This document shows, in pieces, positions 20,664 through 29,686 of a DNA stretch of 64,000 nucleotides. The translations under genes were made by a program, and so were the position numbers. The notes beneath the pieces were generated by a model. The model was not told the origin of the DNA, searched no databases, and saw only the letters and a program-made list of their open reading frames with translations. The DNA is from a virus (Duplodnaviria > Caudoviricetes): IMG/VR virus record IMGVR_UViG_3300032305_001697, positions 1,724 to 65,723 of that record; one strand, given 5' to 3'. Each line of letters starts with the position of its first letter. Position 1 is the stretch's first letter.

Positions 20664-21242
20664 TTATTTTAAATATATAACAATTGATTTATTAGTCCAA
20701 ATATCGTCTATTAAATCGCTAATAAAATTCCAATTTCCTCCCGCTAACCCACAACCAAATCTTGGGGCGTGAATTTCTAAGCGAGTATCATTATTAAAAT
20801 TTTTGGCTATAAACATATTAATTTGATTCATACATTTGACTAGTGCTAAATAATTTAATGGTCTATAATTCTTTTTACTAATTGTGCCATTTTGGGCTAT
20901 CATATTAGCAAAAATAAGTCTATGACCAAAAGTAGGATCCTTATATACTTCAACAAATTGTACATATCCTAGATTATTTTTTAAAAAACTAGATCCTAAA
21001 AGGTGATAGTTTTCTTTGACTATTGGGTAGTGCTTAGATAATTCTCCAGCAAATCCAGCACCAAAAGCATTAATATTGTTACAAACATGTGGAACTATAA
21101 TACTTGATCCATTATTTCCTGATCTGGTGATTTTTTCAACATAATCAAAAAGATCTCCACGAATAATTGGAAATGTTTCTTTATTAGATATTGTTTTCAT
21201 GATTATTTCTTTATAAGACTTCCCCATTTTCCTACTGGACAT
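20664..21242 (-). CDS. Macro domain (ADP-ribose processing) protein
   Basis: GDLF, HVCNN..AFGAGFA, PRFGCGLAGGNW. Confidence 0.85.
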   Translation of the reverse strand: MSSRKMGKSYKEIIMKTISNKETFPIIRGDLFDYVEKITRSGNNGSSIIVPHVCNNINAFGAGFAGELSKHYPIVKENYHLLGSSFLKNNLGYVQFVEVYKDPTFGHRLIFANMIAQNGTISKKNYRPLNYLALVKCMNQINMFIAKNFNNDTRLEIHAPRFGCGLAGGNWNFISDLIDDIWTNKSIVIYLK

Positions 21243-21460
21243 TCTTGATCAGCCCAAGCTAATTTATTCATGAATATTTGTTTTTTATTAAGATTGCACC
21301 CACAGAGTAAGCACTGAGAATTCTTATTGTCAAAATCATCACAATCAACACAAATAGAATATCTGTCTAATATTTGTGATTGCGTACTTTTAGGAAATCC
21401 CCAATACATATGCCATATCAAAGAATTTAAAAAGGTAAATATTTTATTTTTAAAGTTCAT
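21203..21460 (-). CDS. Small Cys-rich protein (DUF6171-like)
   Basis: R..IC..C...C..CGC...K......CP..KW. Confidence 0.6.
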   Translation of the reverse strand: MNFKNKIFTFLNSLIWHMYWGFPKSTQSQILDRYSICVDCDDFDNKNSQCLLCGCNLNKKQIFMNKLAWADQECPVGKWGSLIKK

Positions 21461-21680
21461 CTTTTTTAGTTTCTTTTATTGGTAGTATATTATTTGATTC
21501 GTCTAAGGTATAAATCTCTATTTTATTTACTATTATTTCTGGCAAAAACCATTTTGGAAAACCTGACTCTAAATCAAAGCATAATTTAGAATTATCTTTT
21601 TTGAAATCAGAAGTTATTATAAACAATCTATCCTCAGATTTAAAACAATCACCAGAGAATAATTCTTCTATGTATTTCAT
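21450..21680 (-). CDS. Hypothetical protein
   Basis: Coupled small ORF. Confidence 0.5.
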   Translation of the reverse strand: MKYIEELFSGDCFKSEDRLFIITSDFKKDNSKLCFDLESGFPKWFLPEIIVNKIEIYTLDESNNILPIKETKKDEL

Positions 21681-21896
21681 TTATATTCATCGTTCCAATC
21701 TTCCCATAGTTCTTCTTGTCTAATATCTTCTATCTTTGATTTAAACTGTTTTTTTGTTTTAGAAACAAATCTTTGCTCTTCAGAGACTTCATTAAATCTC
21801 TTTTGCTTATTACTAAAATTTTTCTTACCAGCTTCTTTTCTGTCTTTATTATCGAAATCGTTCATTTTTGAAAAAGTCTCTCGTTGAATACAACAT

Positions 21897-21924
21897 ATCA
21901 TACCTTTGTCTTTGGTTGTGTCAA
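21897..21924 (-). promoter_or_regulatory. Sigma70-type promoter
   Basis: TTGACA-N16-TATGAT. Confidence 0.55.
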
Positions 21925-21940
21925 GAAAAAATATTTCATA

Positions 21941-22000
21941 TTGACATGTGCCGCTTTGATAACTATATATGATACAGGTCGGTGAGTAATATATAACTAT
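21941..22000 (+). repeat. Plus-strand conserved non-coding element, copy 1
   Basis: TTGACA-N14-AACTATATATGATACAGGTCGGTGAGTA; homologous to 59148..59209. Confidence 0.6.
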
Positions 22001-22035
22001 CCATCTCTTCCATGTTCAAATTAATCCATTTTGTA

Positions 22036-22935
22036 TCATAAAAGGTCGTACTTATTTAGTAGTCTACCTTTTTGTGATCTTACAACATAGCCTTTTCTAA
22101 CCATGTATGGTTCAATACTATTTTCTATTGTTTCTATTGAAATTCCAGTTAAAGAAGAAATTGTCTTCAATCCAATTGGAGTTCCTTTAGATTTTGTTAA
22201 TGTTTCAATATATAGTTTATCATACACATCAAAACCATTATGATCAATGCCTTGTATATTAAATATCTCATTAATAGAAGCATCGTCTTTGTTACACAGT
22301 TTATAATTTTTATACCATTGTAGTCTAGCATTCAAGATTCTTGGTGTGCCTTTGCTTCTTTTTGCAATCTCTAGTAGATCATCATCTGATATATTAATAT
22401 CTAGTTTTTGTGTATTCAACTTTGCTAGTTTAGCTAAATCATTATCACTATAAAAAGACAGATGTTCTTTAATTGTGAAACGATCATAGAATGGCTGACT
22501 TAAACTTCCTCCAGTTGTTGTAGCACCAACCAGAGTAAACATTGGAATATCAATAGTTTCTATATTATTTTCTATTGACATACTAAGTTGAAAATCCTCC
22601 ATAATAGGATATAAGAATTCTTCAACTATTTTTGGCAGTCTATGAATTTCATCAATAAATAATATTGATCGTGGACTTATACCCATTAGATACGGCATAA
22701 GATTCTTAACGCTTCTCAGGTTTGCTGCGTTTGCTATGTATAGGTTTACGTTCATTTCGTGTGCTATAGCACCCGCTATGGTGGTCTTACCAAGGCCAGG
22801 AGGGCCGTCTATTAAAACGTGAGGCATCACAGCACCCTCGCTTTTACAACCGCTCACCATGATCTTTAGACGATCAAGAACATTTTGTTGACCAATTATA
22901 TCGTCAAATTTAGTTGGTCTAATAATATTAGCCAT
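22036..22935 (-). CDS. ruvB: Holliday junction branch migration ATPase RuvB
   Basis: IRP..F..IIGQ, GPPGLGKTT, FIDEIHRL, FTLVGATT, DRF, RSKGTPRI, IEPY...GR. Confidence 0.93.
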   Translation of the reverse strand: MANIIRPTKFDDIIGQQNVLDRLKIMVSGCKSEGAVMPHVLIDGPPGLGKTTIAGAIAHEMNVNLYIANAANLRSVKNLMPYLMGISPRSILFIDEIHRLPKIVEEFLYPIMEDFQLSMSIENNIETIDIPMFTLVGATTTGGSLSQPFYDRFTIKEHLSFYSDNDLAKLAKLNTQKLDINISDDDLLEIAKRSKGTPRILNARLQWYKNYKLCNKDDASINEIFNIQGIDHNGFDVYDKLYIETLTKSKGTPIGLKTISSLTGISIETIENSIEPYMVRKGYVVRSQKGRLLNKYDLL

Positions 22936-23341
22936 TCAAACCTCCAATAGACTTTAGTGCTTTTTTAATTAGTGTGGAACAATCTTCTGTTATATTCTTT
23001 ATATAACTAGAAATTAATAATTTGTGTGATTCTTCTTTGGTGAATCCATAATTGACCAGAGTTTCTGTGCTCTTTTCCAAAAGGTCATTTGGTATTGTGT
23101 CTTTCTCTGGTTGCTTAGTTTCTGTATGTTGTGATTCTTCTTTTTCTAAGTAAACAATTCTTATTTTTTTAATTTGTTTTGGTGAAAAAGTAGTTTCACA
23201 ATCACAAACAACTTTAAAGTTTTTTGTTTTAGTCTCTTTGATAGATAACCAGTGGTCACAATTACATTTATTATTAGGGCATCTATATTTTAGATGCAAA
23301 TCGTAATCAATCGGTTTCTGGTTTTTCTTTTTTGTATTCAT
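22928..23341 (-). CDS. Zn-ribbon plus RuvA domain III-like protein
   Basis: CPNNKC...CDC N-terminus; C-terminal ETLVNYGFTKEES...LIKKALK resembles RuvA_C; overlaps the ruvB start. Confidence 0.6.
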   Translation of the reverse strand: MNTKKKNQKPIDYDLHLKYRCPNNKCNCDHWLSIKETKTKNFKVVCDCETTFSPKQIKKIRIVYLEKEESQHTETKQPEKDTIPNDLLEKSTETLVNYGFTKEESHKLLISSYIKNITEDCSTLIKKALKSIGGLNG

Positions 23342-23732
23342 CTTTTACCCAAAAAATAAAATCGTCAATATCGTTGTCGTAACCTGTTTCAATAACGCCC
23401 TTATTAACTAGACCATTCAGTATATTGCTTGTCATTCTATCCCCTAGAGACTGTATAATTTTAGCATATATAGTATCGTTGATTAATTGTCTGCGTTCTT
23501 TAGTTTTTTTGTTTTTTTGATGTTTCATTAACGATTTGATAATTGTTGATGATTCATTAAGTGGTAGTATTTTATTTAATTCTTCTTTTTCTTCAGTTGT
23601 TAATACAATTATATCATCTGATTCTGCGTCTTGATCTTCTTCTTGCTTACCATAAGCATTATATATAATTTTTCTAGTGTGATCTATAAACATATCTAAA
23701 TCTTTTATAACAAACCACTCATCTTTATTCAT
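23307..23732 (-). CDS. Hypothetical protein
   Basis: C-terminal LVNKGVIETGYD...FIFW; similar ending to 35635..36060. Confidence 0.55.
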   Translation of the reverse strand: MNKDEWFVIKDLDMFIDHTRKIIYNAYGKQEEDQDAESDDIIVLTTEEKEELNKILPLNESSTIIKSLMKHQKNKKTKERRQLINDTIYAKIIQSLGDRMTSNILNGLVNKGVIETGYDNDIDDFIFWVKDEYKKEKPETD

Positions 23733-23741
23733 AAATATTTC

Positions 23742-24149
23742 CTAGTTGAGTATTTCAAACAATCCTTTATAATATCGTGGTTGCCTAATAATATGTCCAG
23801 CATGACTCTGTAAATGTAATTCGTATTCTTTTTGAAGTTTGTTATAAACAAAGTATTTGATTTTCCATATTCCTTCGTTCCAATAGTTGTTCCCCAAGTA
23901 CAGGGATTTTTTATCATCCGCTGTACTGGAGAACGAACTATTCACAGGTAACGCAATCGGAGAAAATCCATCTGGAAGTAATGGAGTATTATAGTTAGAT
24001 AGGTTCTTCAACGCATCTTCTATGGCCTCCTTACTTATCCATTTATATTCTATCTTATCAATCAGACTATCCATATATTTCTTGACCCATTCAGTATCTA
24101 TCTGAAAGTAGAATTTATAAGGATCGTCGTTGTCTTCTTTGTCTTTCAT
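23742..24149 (-). CDS. Hypothetical protein
   Basis: 135-aa ORF in the minus-strand gene array. Confidence 0.5.
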   Translation of the reverse strand: MKDKEDNDDPYKFYFQIDTEWVKKYMDSLIDKIEYKWISKEAIEDALKNLSNYNTPLLPDGFSPIALPVNSSFSSTADDKKSLYLGNNYWNEGIWKIKYFVYNKLQKEYELHLQSHAGHIIRQPRYYKGLFEILN

Positions 24150-24157
24150 AATTTAAA

Positions 24158-24221
24158 AAGGAATTAGGGGATCGAACCCTAAGAGTTAGCACTAACTAAT
24201 CCAGTCCCCAGACTATTCCTT
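24158..24221 (-). ncRNA. tRNA-like element without an anticodon loop
   Basis: 7-bp acceptor AAGGAAT/ATTCCTT, canonical T arm TAGGG-TTCGATC-CCCTA, short D-like arm, hairpin AGTTA-GTGC-TAACT. Confidence 0.65.
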
Positions 24222-24230
24222 TGCTTTTAA

Positions 24231-25097
24231 TCAGTTATAACCATCCATATGATTATCTTCATCATGATAATAGGTTTCATCAATATCTTCCTCATCATCA
24301 TTCCAGCCCCAATCATAATCATCATTAAGATCCTCTTCATCATCATCGTAGTCATCTTCAGTAAAGACAGATGAATAAAGAGGCTTGAGAAGTTCGCCTT
24401 GATACTCTCCGACAACTTCATATCGGCAAGTGCGAAGTTTCTCATAGTTGCAATCGCTAGGAACACTCACAACATCAGCAGGATTAATCTTAACGATAAC
24501 AATCTTATCGCCAGATTCAAGACTTCCATAACCGGCCACATAATTCAATGCACCAGCATGAAGTCCATTAGAACAACCTCGACCACGATCATCATCAACC
24601 TTTGATCTCGTCATTTCACAGATTTGACCAACACGATTGTCGAAAACTCCACGATACTTATCCTTATAATCACTCCTGACTGCCTTATAAGCAAGAAAAT
24701 AACCATCTTCAGTAATTGGCAGATGTTCATGCTCAAGGAAATCATAGAGTTCCTTCTGACTCTGCATACTGGGATTACCCATAAGATTATTCAGAAAATT
24801 GACAAGAGGCTGGAAAGGCAGACCCTTACTCATAAACTCCAGAATTCTCTTACTAATAGACCCATGAACAACCTCGCCCTCATAAGTTACCTGACCATTC
24901 TTGATCTCAACAAGACCGTCACTAAAAGTAGCAACTGCCTTCTCAATATCAATCATTTCAATCAACTCGTCAGATGTTGCAGTAGGCAGTGCCTCCAGAA
25001 TCATCTTATAATTAAGATGGTCGGGCAGAACTTGAAAACTCTTGTTGTTCAGCACAACCGTCAGATTACCATCGACAAACATAAACGGAACACTCAT
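24231..25097 (-). CDS. rIIB: rIIB-like protein
   Basis: LPITEDGYFLAYKAV, CSNGLH, VKINPADVVSVP.D...KLRTCRYEV; acidic tail; follows rIIA. Confidence 0.9.
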   Translation of the reverse strand: MSVPFMFVDGNLTVVLNNKSFQVLPDHLNYKMILEALPTATSDELIEMIDIEKAVATFSDGLVEIKNGQVTYEGEVVHGSISKRILEFMSKGLPFQPLVNFLNNLMGNPSMQSQKELYDFLEHEHLPITEDGYFLAYKAVRSDYKDKYRGVFDNRVGQICEMTRSKVDDDRGRGCSNGLHAGALNYVAGYGSLESGDKIVIVKINPADVVSVPSDCNYEKLRTCRYEVVGEYQGELLKPLYSSVFTEDDYDDDEEDLNDDYDWGWNDDEEDIDETYYHDEDNHMDGYN

Positions 25098-25133
25098 GAT
25101 ATAAACTCCTATTGTTTTTAGTTACCTTGTGAA

Positions 25134-27794
25134 TTACTTAATCAAACTACTTAATTGGATCTTAAACAAATCAACCTTATCACTATCCATAGTCTCAACC
25201 CATACAGCATTATTTCTCTTACCATAATAATTATCAGCAAATTGAGAGATAGGATTATTTTTGCTGTCCAAATCTCTAAGATTGCCGTTGTGCTGGTTGC
25301 TTCCCATAAGATACTTCAACATCGGGTTCTTGTCAACCTCGACTTTAAGAATTTTCTTCAAGTCTGCCGCTTTAGTCAACTTATACTTGATTGCTTTAGT
25401 CTCAGACTTAAACAATTTAGTATATGCCTCAATATCGTCAGAATGGTCAAACATCTGATGTTGAATATTTATAAGAGTGTTATACTGTACATTTTTCTTC
25501 TTGAGTTCCTTACTATCAAGATTATCAATACCTCGATCCTTGAGCAAAGAGTTAATATGGTCAAAATATTCAGTCTGAGAGAATAGTTTCAGATCAAAAG
25601 TTGCTCTGTGCATAGTATCAGCAAAGAATTCCATTACAAGAAAACTATCAATAACATTGGATAGTTCAGTATTCTTGACATATTTCTTATAGTCAAGACC
25701 AAAAATACTCAACATATGACAAGAGAACTGGCTAACCAGTGTTCCATAATTATAATAATGATTATCGTTATCTCCATCCTTACTGATAAATTCCTTTTTG
25801 TAGAATTCAATCATAGAGTTGTAATCATTGGTATTGTTAAAATAATTCTTAATCTTTGTTGAAAGAATCTTCTTAAACCAAGTGTTAAAGTCAACAAGAT
25901 TGTGTCCTTCACTGGTCATTTTTGCTACAAAATTGCTCTTGATAGCATAAACCTTCACATCTCCAAACAGTCCCTTGATATTCTCATTATCAAATAGCGA
26001 TACAATCTTATTAATCTTGGGAAACTCTGGTGTGCTTTGATAACGAAGAATAGGAACATAAATGATAGAATCACTATCACTCAATTCATCTAGTTCGTCA
26101 CTTGTAAGAGTCTTCAAACTAAGAGCATCGTTATATTCGACACTAAGTTTACCAGAATCCTTAGACTGACCATGAATAAAAAATATATCTTGATCGCTAA
26201 CACTTCCATTACTATTCCTAACTCCAGTTTTACGAGGGCCAGAACTTTGAGTAAGATGCTTATAGTCAGAAACCTTTAACAGATTGTCAGCACCAACATC
26301 GTTAATCAGATCATCAAAACCCTTGTCACTTTGAGTATGATCCTTACCATCCATCATCATATACGCAAAGCAATCATTTTGATTACAATATCGTGTAACG
26401 ATTTTCTTGGCAGTTTCTTCACCCTTAACATCACAAACGAAGAAAGTAATCTTACCATTCTTCTTCTGACTATTCCAGTAAGCATATCCCTTACCTGTCA
26501 GAGTATCGTGATGGATTCTATCTGTGAGAGAAATAAGGCGTCGTGAACGATACCCGCTACTCTTGTAATTAAAAACATACAGACTCTTTCCGGTCTTCAT
26601 CTTATATTCAAGGTCAGAACCACTATTAATATTGTGACTCTTACCATTAGGATCAGTCCACGAAGCACCAACACCCCATCCACCAGACAATTCATTCATC
26701 TGATAATATGTTGTGATAGCCTCAATCTTGGTCTTAGCAGAAGAAATCTTCTTACTAAATTCATCCTTCATCTCAAGATAAATCTCTTGAGTCTTTTGAC
26801 GCAGACTCTTAATTACGCTCTTAGTATACTGCAAACCTTCACGGGAAACGTCCATTTCCAGTTCGCCAATACCAAAATCAAGTTCCAGATAAAGACCAGA
26901 GTTAATGATCTCAGTAACAAAACTCTTCCACGAATCAATATCGGCCTTCTGAAAAGCCCTATTCCACTTCGCAATATGATCTGGTTGATCTTCCTTTTCC
27001 TGACCAATAATCTGAGCGGTCTGAACAGGATACGCAATATTACCCATGATAGCAACAACACCACTATCAATACGATGATAATTATTAGGATAATACTGGG
27101 TATCATTATTGAGTCTGCAAACTCTCCAGCCATTACCGCTAATTACGATATTGGTATTGCTATACTTATGATCTTGCAGATTATTTCCAAGTCCACCCTC
27201 AATAATGGGTTTCATTCGGAAATAATGGAAAATCCTAATAGCCTTACTAGTAAACTCAGTAAAATCATGATTCTTAACAGCAAAACTGATTTCAAGACCA
27301 TTAGCCTCGTCAGTTTCGCAAGTATTAAAAAGATTCAGAGTAGGAACACCACTATCATCAATAGCGGCAATATAGGTATACTTAGTACCATTAAAATAAG
27401 AACTGGTAGTAAAACTTTTGGTATAAGCAAATGGACTCTTACTTCCAAGACCAAGACAACCAACAAAATCATTGCTGTCGTTCTTATTAGAAGCACCGTA
27501 GGTTGTATACAGATTCTCCATATCTACCTGACTAAGACCAGTGCCATAATCACGCACAGTAAAAGAAGGATTAGCAGATGTTGGCAAGATCACCTTAAAG
27601 GGATTCTTATTGCCAGCACTAATATGACTATCATAAGCATTAGTAGATAGTTCACGAATAACTGCCATCACCTTATCAGAATAGAGTGAATCCGAAAGGA
27701 TTTTAAACATTTTGCTAGTCTGAGCGATGGTAAAACCAGATTCGCTACGAACACCAGCACTATGAGTCTCAATAACACGATCTGCCAACTTCAT
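25134..27794 (-). CDS. rIIA: rIIA-like protein (N-terminal GHKL/HATPase domain)
   Basis: KMFKILSDSLYSDK, IRELSTNAYD, RDYGTGL, GLGSKSPFAY, SREGLQY. Confidence 0.9.
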   Translation of the reverse strand: MKLADRVIETHSAGVRSESGFTIAQTSKMFKILSDSLYSDKVMAVIRELSTNAYDSHISAGNKNPFKVILPTSANPSFTVRDYGTGLSQVDMENLYTTYGASNKNDSNDFVGCLGLGSKSPFAYTKSFTTSSYFNGTKYTYIAAIDDSGVPTLNLFNTCETDEANGLEISFAVKNHDFTEFTSKAIRIFHYFRMKPIIEGGLGNNLQDHKYSNTNIVISGNGWRVCRLNNDTQYYPNNYHRIDSGVVAIMGNIAYPVQTAQIIGQEKEDQPDHIAKWNRAFQKADIDSWKSFVTEIINSGLYLELDFGIGELEMDVSREGLQYTKSVIKSLRQKTQEIYLEMKDEFSKKISSAKTKIEAITTYYQMNELSGGWGVGASWTDPNGKSHNINSGSDLEYKMKTGKSLYVFNYKSSGYRSRRLISLTDRIHHDTLTGKGYAYWNSQKKNGKITFFVCDVKGEETAKKIVTRYCNQNDCFAYMMMDGKDHTQSDKGFDDLINDVGADNLLKVSDYKHLTQSSGPRKTGVRNSNGSVSDQDIFFIHGQSKDSGKLSVEYNDALSLKTLTSDELDELSDSDSIIYVPILRYQSTPEFPKINKIVSLFDNENIKGLFGDVKVYAIKSNFVAKMTSEGHNLVDFNTWFKKILSTKIKNYFNNTNDYNSMIEFYKKEFISKDGDNDNHYYNYGTLVSQFSCHMLSIFGLDYKKYVKNTELSNVIDSFLVMEFFADTMHRATFDLKLFSQTEYFDHINSLLKDRGIDNLDSKELKKKNVQYNTLINIQHQMFDHSDDIEAYTKLFKSETKAIKYKLTKAADLKKILKVEVDKNPMLKYLMGSNQHNGNLRDLDSKNNPISQFADNYYGKRNNAVWVETMDSDKVDLFKIQLSSLIK

Positions 27795-27839
27795 CTTTAT
27801 GTCTCCAAATGTCCTGTGAATCGTTCCTGTGATAGCCCA

Positions 27840-27867
27840 ATCATACCACAGTGTTATCGGTTGTCAA
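27840..27867 (-). promoter_or_regulatory. Early sigma70-type promoter with a CCGATAA spacer, upstream of rIIA
   Basis: TTGACAACCGATAACACTGTGGTATGAT. Confidence 0.7.
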
Positions 27868-28108
27868 GTCCCTTATCTTTAGATTGTATCGCCATCCATC
27901 CTAAATATGCCGTAAGGATTCCAAAAAATCCTACGATATTAAATGGTAAGATAAAAAACCACCATATTCCTAATACTATACAAAATAACCCCATTATCCA
28001 AATAACTAATGATGGGATGAATCTCGATTTACTCAGAAGAAAAGTTGCTGGCCCTAATAAAATTACTAACAAAAATATTAATGATGCTAATAAGGCTAAA
28101 CTAGCCAT
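27854..28108 (-). CDS. Small membrane protein
   Basis: Three hydrophobic segments. Confidence 0.55.
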   Translation of the reverse strand: MASLALLASLIFLLVILLGPATFLLSKSRFIPSLVIWIMGLFCIVLGIWWFFILPFNIVGFFGILTAYLGWMAIQSKDKGLDNR

Positions 28109-28395
28109 TATAGATAGTTATCACTTTCATCGTCATCTTCTTCATCTTCTTCATAAGAATTATACGGACTCCATTCTGAGTCACCAAATTCATCAGATTC
28201 TTCTTCTTCGGAAATAAATATTGATAGATTATTTATAATATCAATTAATAAGCCTAATTTTTCATCTATGGATTCAATTTTGGCATCTAATGATTTTATA
28301 TAATTTTTTATTTCAAATATATTTTCGTCAAAATTATTCATTTGTTTACCATTCTTAATAATTTGTTTCATAGTATCGTCGAAATCTTTTGACAT
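28108..28395 (-). CDS. Coiled-coil protein with an acidic tail
   Basis: AAGGAG RBS; E/D-rich C-terminus. Confidence 0.55.
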   Translation of the reverse strand: MSKDFDDTMKQIIKNGKQMNNFDENIFEIKNYIKSLDAKIESIDEKLGLLIDIINNLSIFISEEEESDEFGDSEWSPYNSYEEDEEDDDESDNYL

Positions 28396-28429
28396 AAAAT
28401 ACTCCTTATATTCTTATCTATACACCTAT

Positions 28430-28957
28430 TTAATAGGTACTGCATTTACATTGATATCTATTACAATAGTTGCATTTTGGCCCAGGTTTTCCAAACCCCC
28501 AGGCATTAGCATTACGATCAAAACTTTCAGGGCCAGTATCAATACAGACCAGTTTAGCCTTATTATTTCGTTTCACATAACCAATATTCCAATAATGACA
28601 ATCCCAAAATCTAAGACGAGTTTTATTCTCAATAGTTTCCACAAGATTCTGAATATCTTTTAATCTCTTTCCCATCAACTTTTCGTCAAGTATTCTTGCC
28701 TTTTCGGTAATATATCCCCAATTAGTATTTAGTTTATACTCTGGATAAGATTCTATTCTGATTGGTAGTTTGCATAAGTTACCAATAACTTTGGGTGCTA
28801 AATTATATTTACTCAAAAGTTTTTGTTTTTCATAAGCCTTTTTGGCAAATTTTTTATTACGAAACTGCTTAAATCCTAGACTTTTATCTTCTACTATAAG
28901 ATAGAATTCGGCAGATCCTCCTTCTCCAGAATGATCTAATTCAATTGTATATTTCAT
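28430..28957 (-). CDS. Minimal protein-kinase-like fold protein
   Basis: Gly loop SGEGGSA, GFK, catalytic-loop DCHYWN, CIDTG. Confidence 0.65.
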   Translation of the reverse strand: MKYTIELDHSGEGGSAEFYLIVEDKSLGFKQFRNKKFAKKAYEKQKLLSKYNLAPKVIGNLCKLPIRIESYPEYKLNTNWGYITEKARILDEKLMGKRLKDIQNLVETIENKTRLRFWDCHYWNIGYVKRNNKAKLVCIDTGPESFDRNANAWGFGKPGPKCNYCNRYQCKCSTY

Positions 28958-29289
28958 TTAAATACTGGAACTTCTGTTTCGTTAATATTATTACCAGACA
29001 AATGCTCAACTAACTCTATAGCCTGTTTTAAATTATCAAAAGCGGCAATAAATTTTACATTTTGTTTAAAGTCCGGCTTTAATGTTCCATGAATTAAATA
29101 ATATGGCTCTCCTTGTCTTTCATCACAGAAATAATAGTCCTCCATCCTAATGACAGTTTCTATAATGGTTCCACCCTCATAATCAGTAATATCGTGGGCG
29201 GTTTCAATTATGAATTTTGAAAAATGAGATTTTGTATTTCCTATGTTTGAACAAAATCCGTGAAAAAATCTATTTGGACAACTTGCCAT
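28954..29289 (-). CDS. Hypothetical protein
   Basis: Coupled ORF. Confidence 0.5.
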   Translation of the reverse strand: MASCPNRFFHGFCSNIGNTKSHFSKFIIETAHDITDYEGGTIIETVIRMEDYYFCDERQGEPYYLIHGTLKPDFKQNVKFIAAFDNLKQAIELVEHLSGNNINETEVPVFK

Positions 29290-29686
29290 TTTGCCAATCC
29301 TTTTGTAAGAATTCTTCTCTATTTGAATATAATGGTATTAGTTTATCGTCCTTGTCATCAAATCTATTGTAATGCAAAGTTAGATTGTATAGATCGTGTC
29401 TATCGTTAATTAAACCATAAGCAACTGGTTGGCTAAAAATAGTTTTGATTTTTTCTTTCAGAGCAACCAATTCTTTTTCACAACTTAGCCAACGATTATT
29501 ATCGTCAACGCTATTTTTATTAGCATTGAAAACGTCTTGTGTCAAATCTCTTTTAGTCTCTCTCAACTTTTCCAGTTCGTTCTTGGCATTTAATACTGTG
29601 AATCTTGTTAAGTTCCAATGTCCAGTATTTATAGCAGTTTCACAGCATTGAATTAAATAGTCTAGTGGATTGGAATTTTCATTCAT
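29270..29686 (-). CDS. Hypothetical protein
   Basis: Coupled ORF. Confidence 0.5.
   Translation of the reverse strand: MNENSNPLDYLIQCCETAINTGHWNLTRFTVLNAKNELEKLRETKRDLTQDVFNANKNSVDDNNRWLSCEKELVALKEKIKTIFSQPVAYGLINDRHDLYNLTLHYNRFDDKDDKLIPLYSNREEFLQKDWQNGKLSK

Noticed and set aside
26634-27650. 338-aa plus-strand ORF (also 24624..25121 and 25155..25586)
   Set aside because: These lie antisense to rIIA/rIIB and have the I/T/S/N-rich composition typical of shadow frames.
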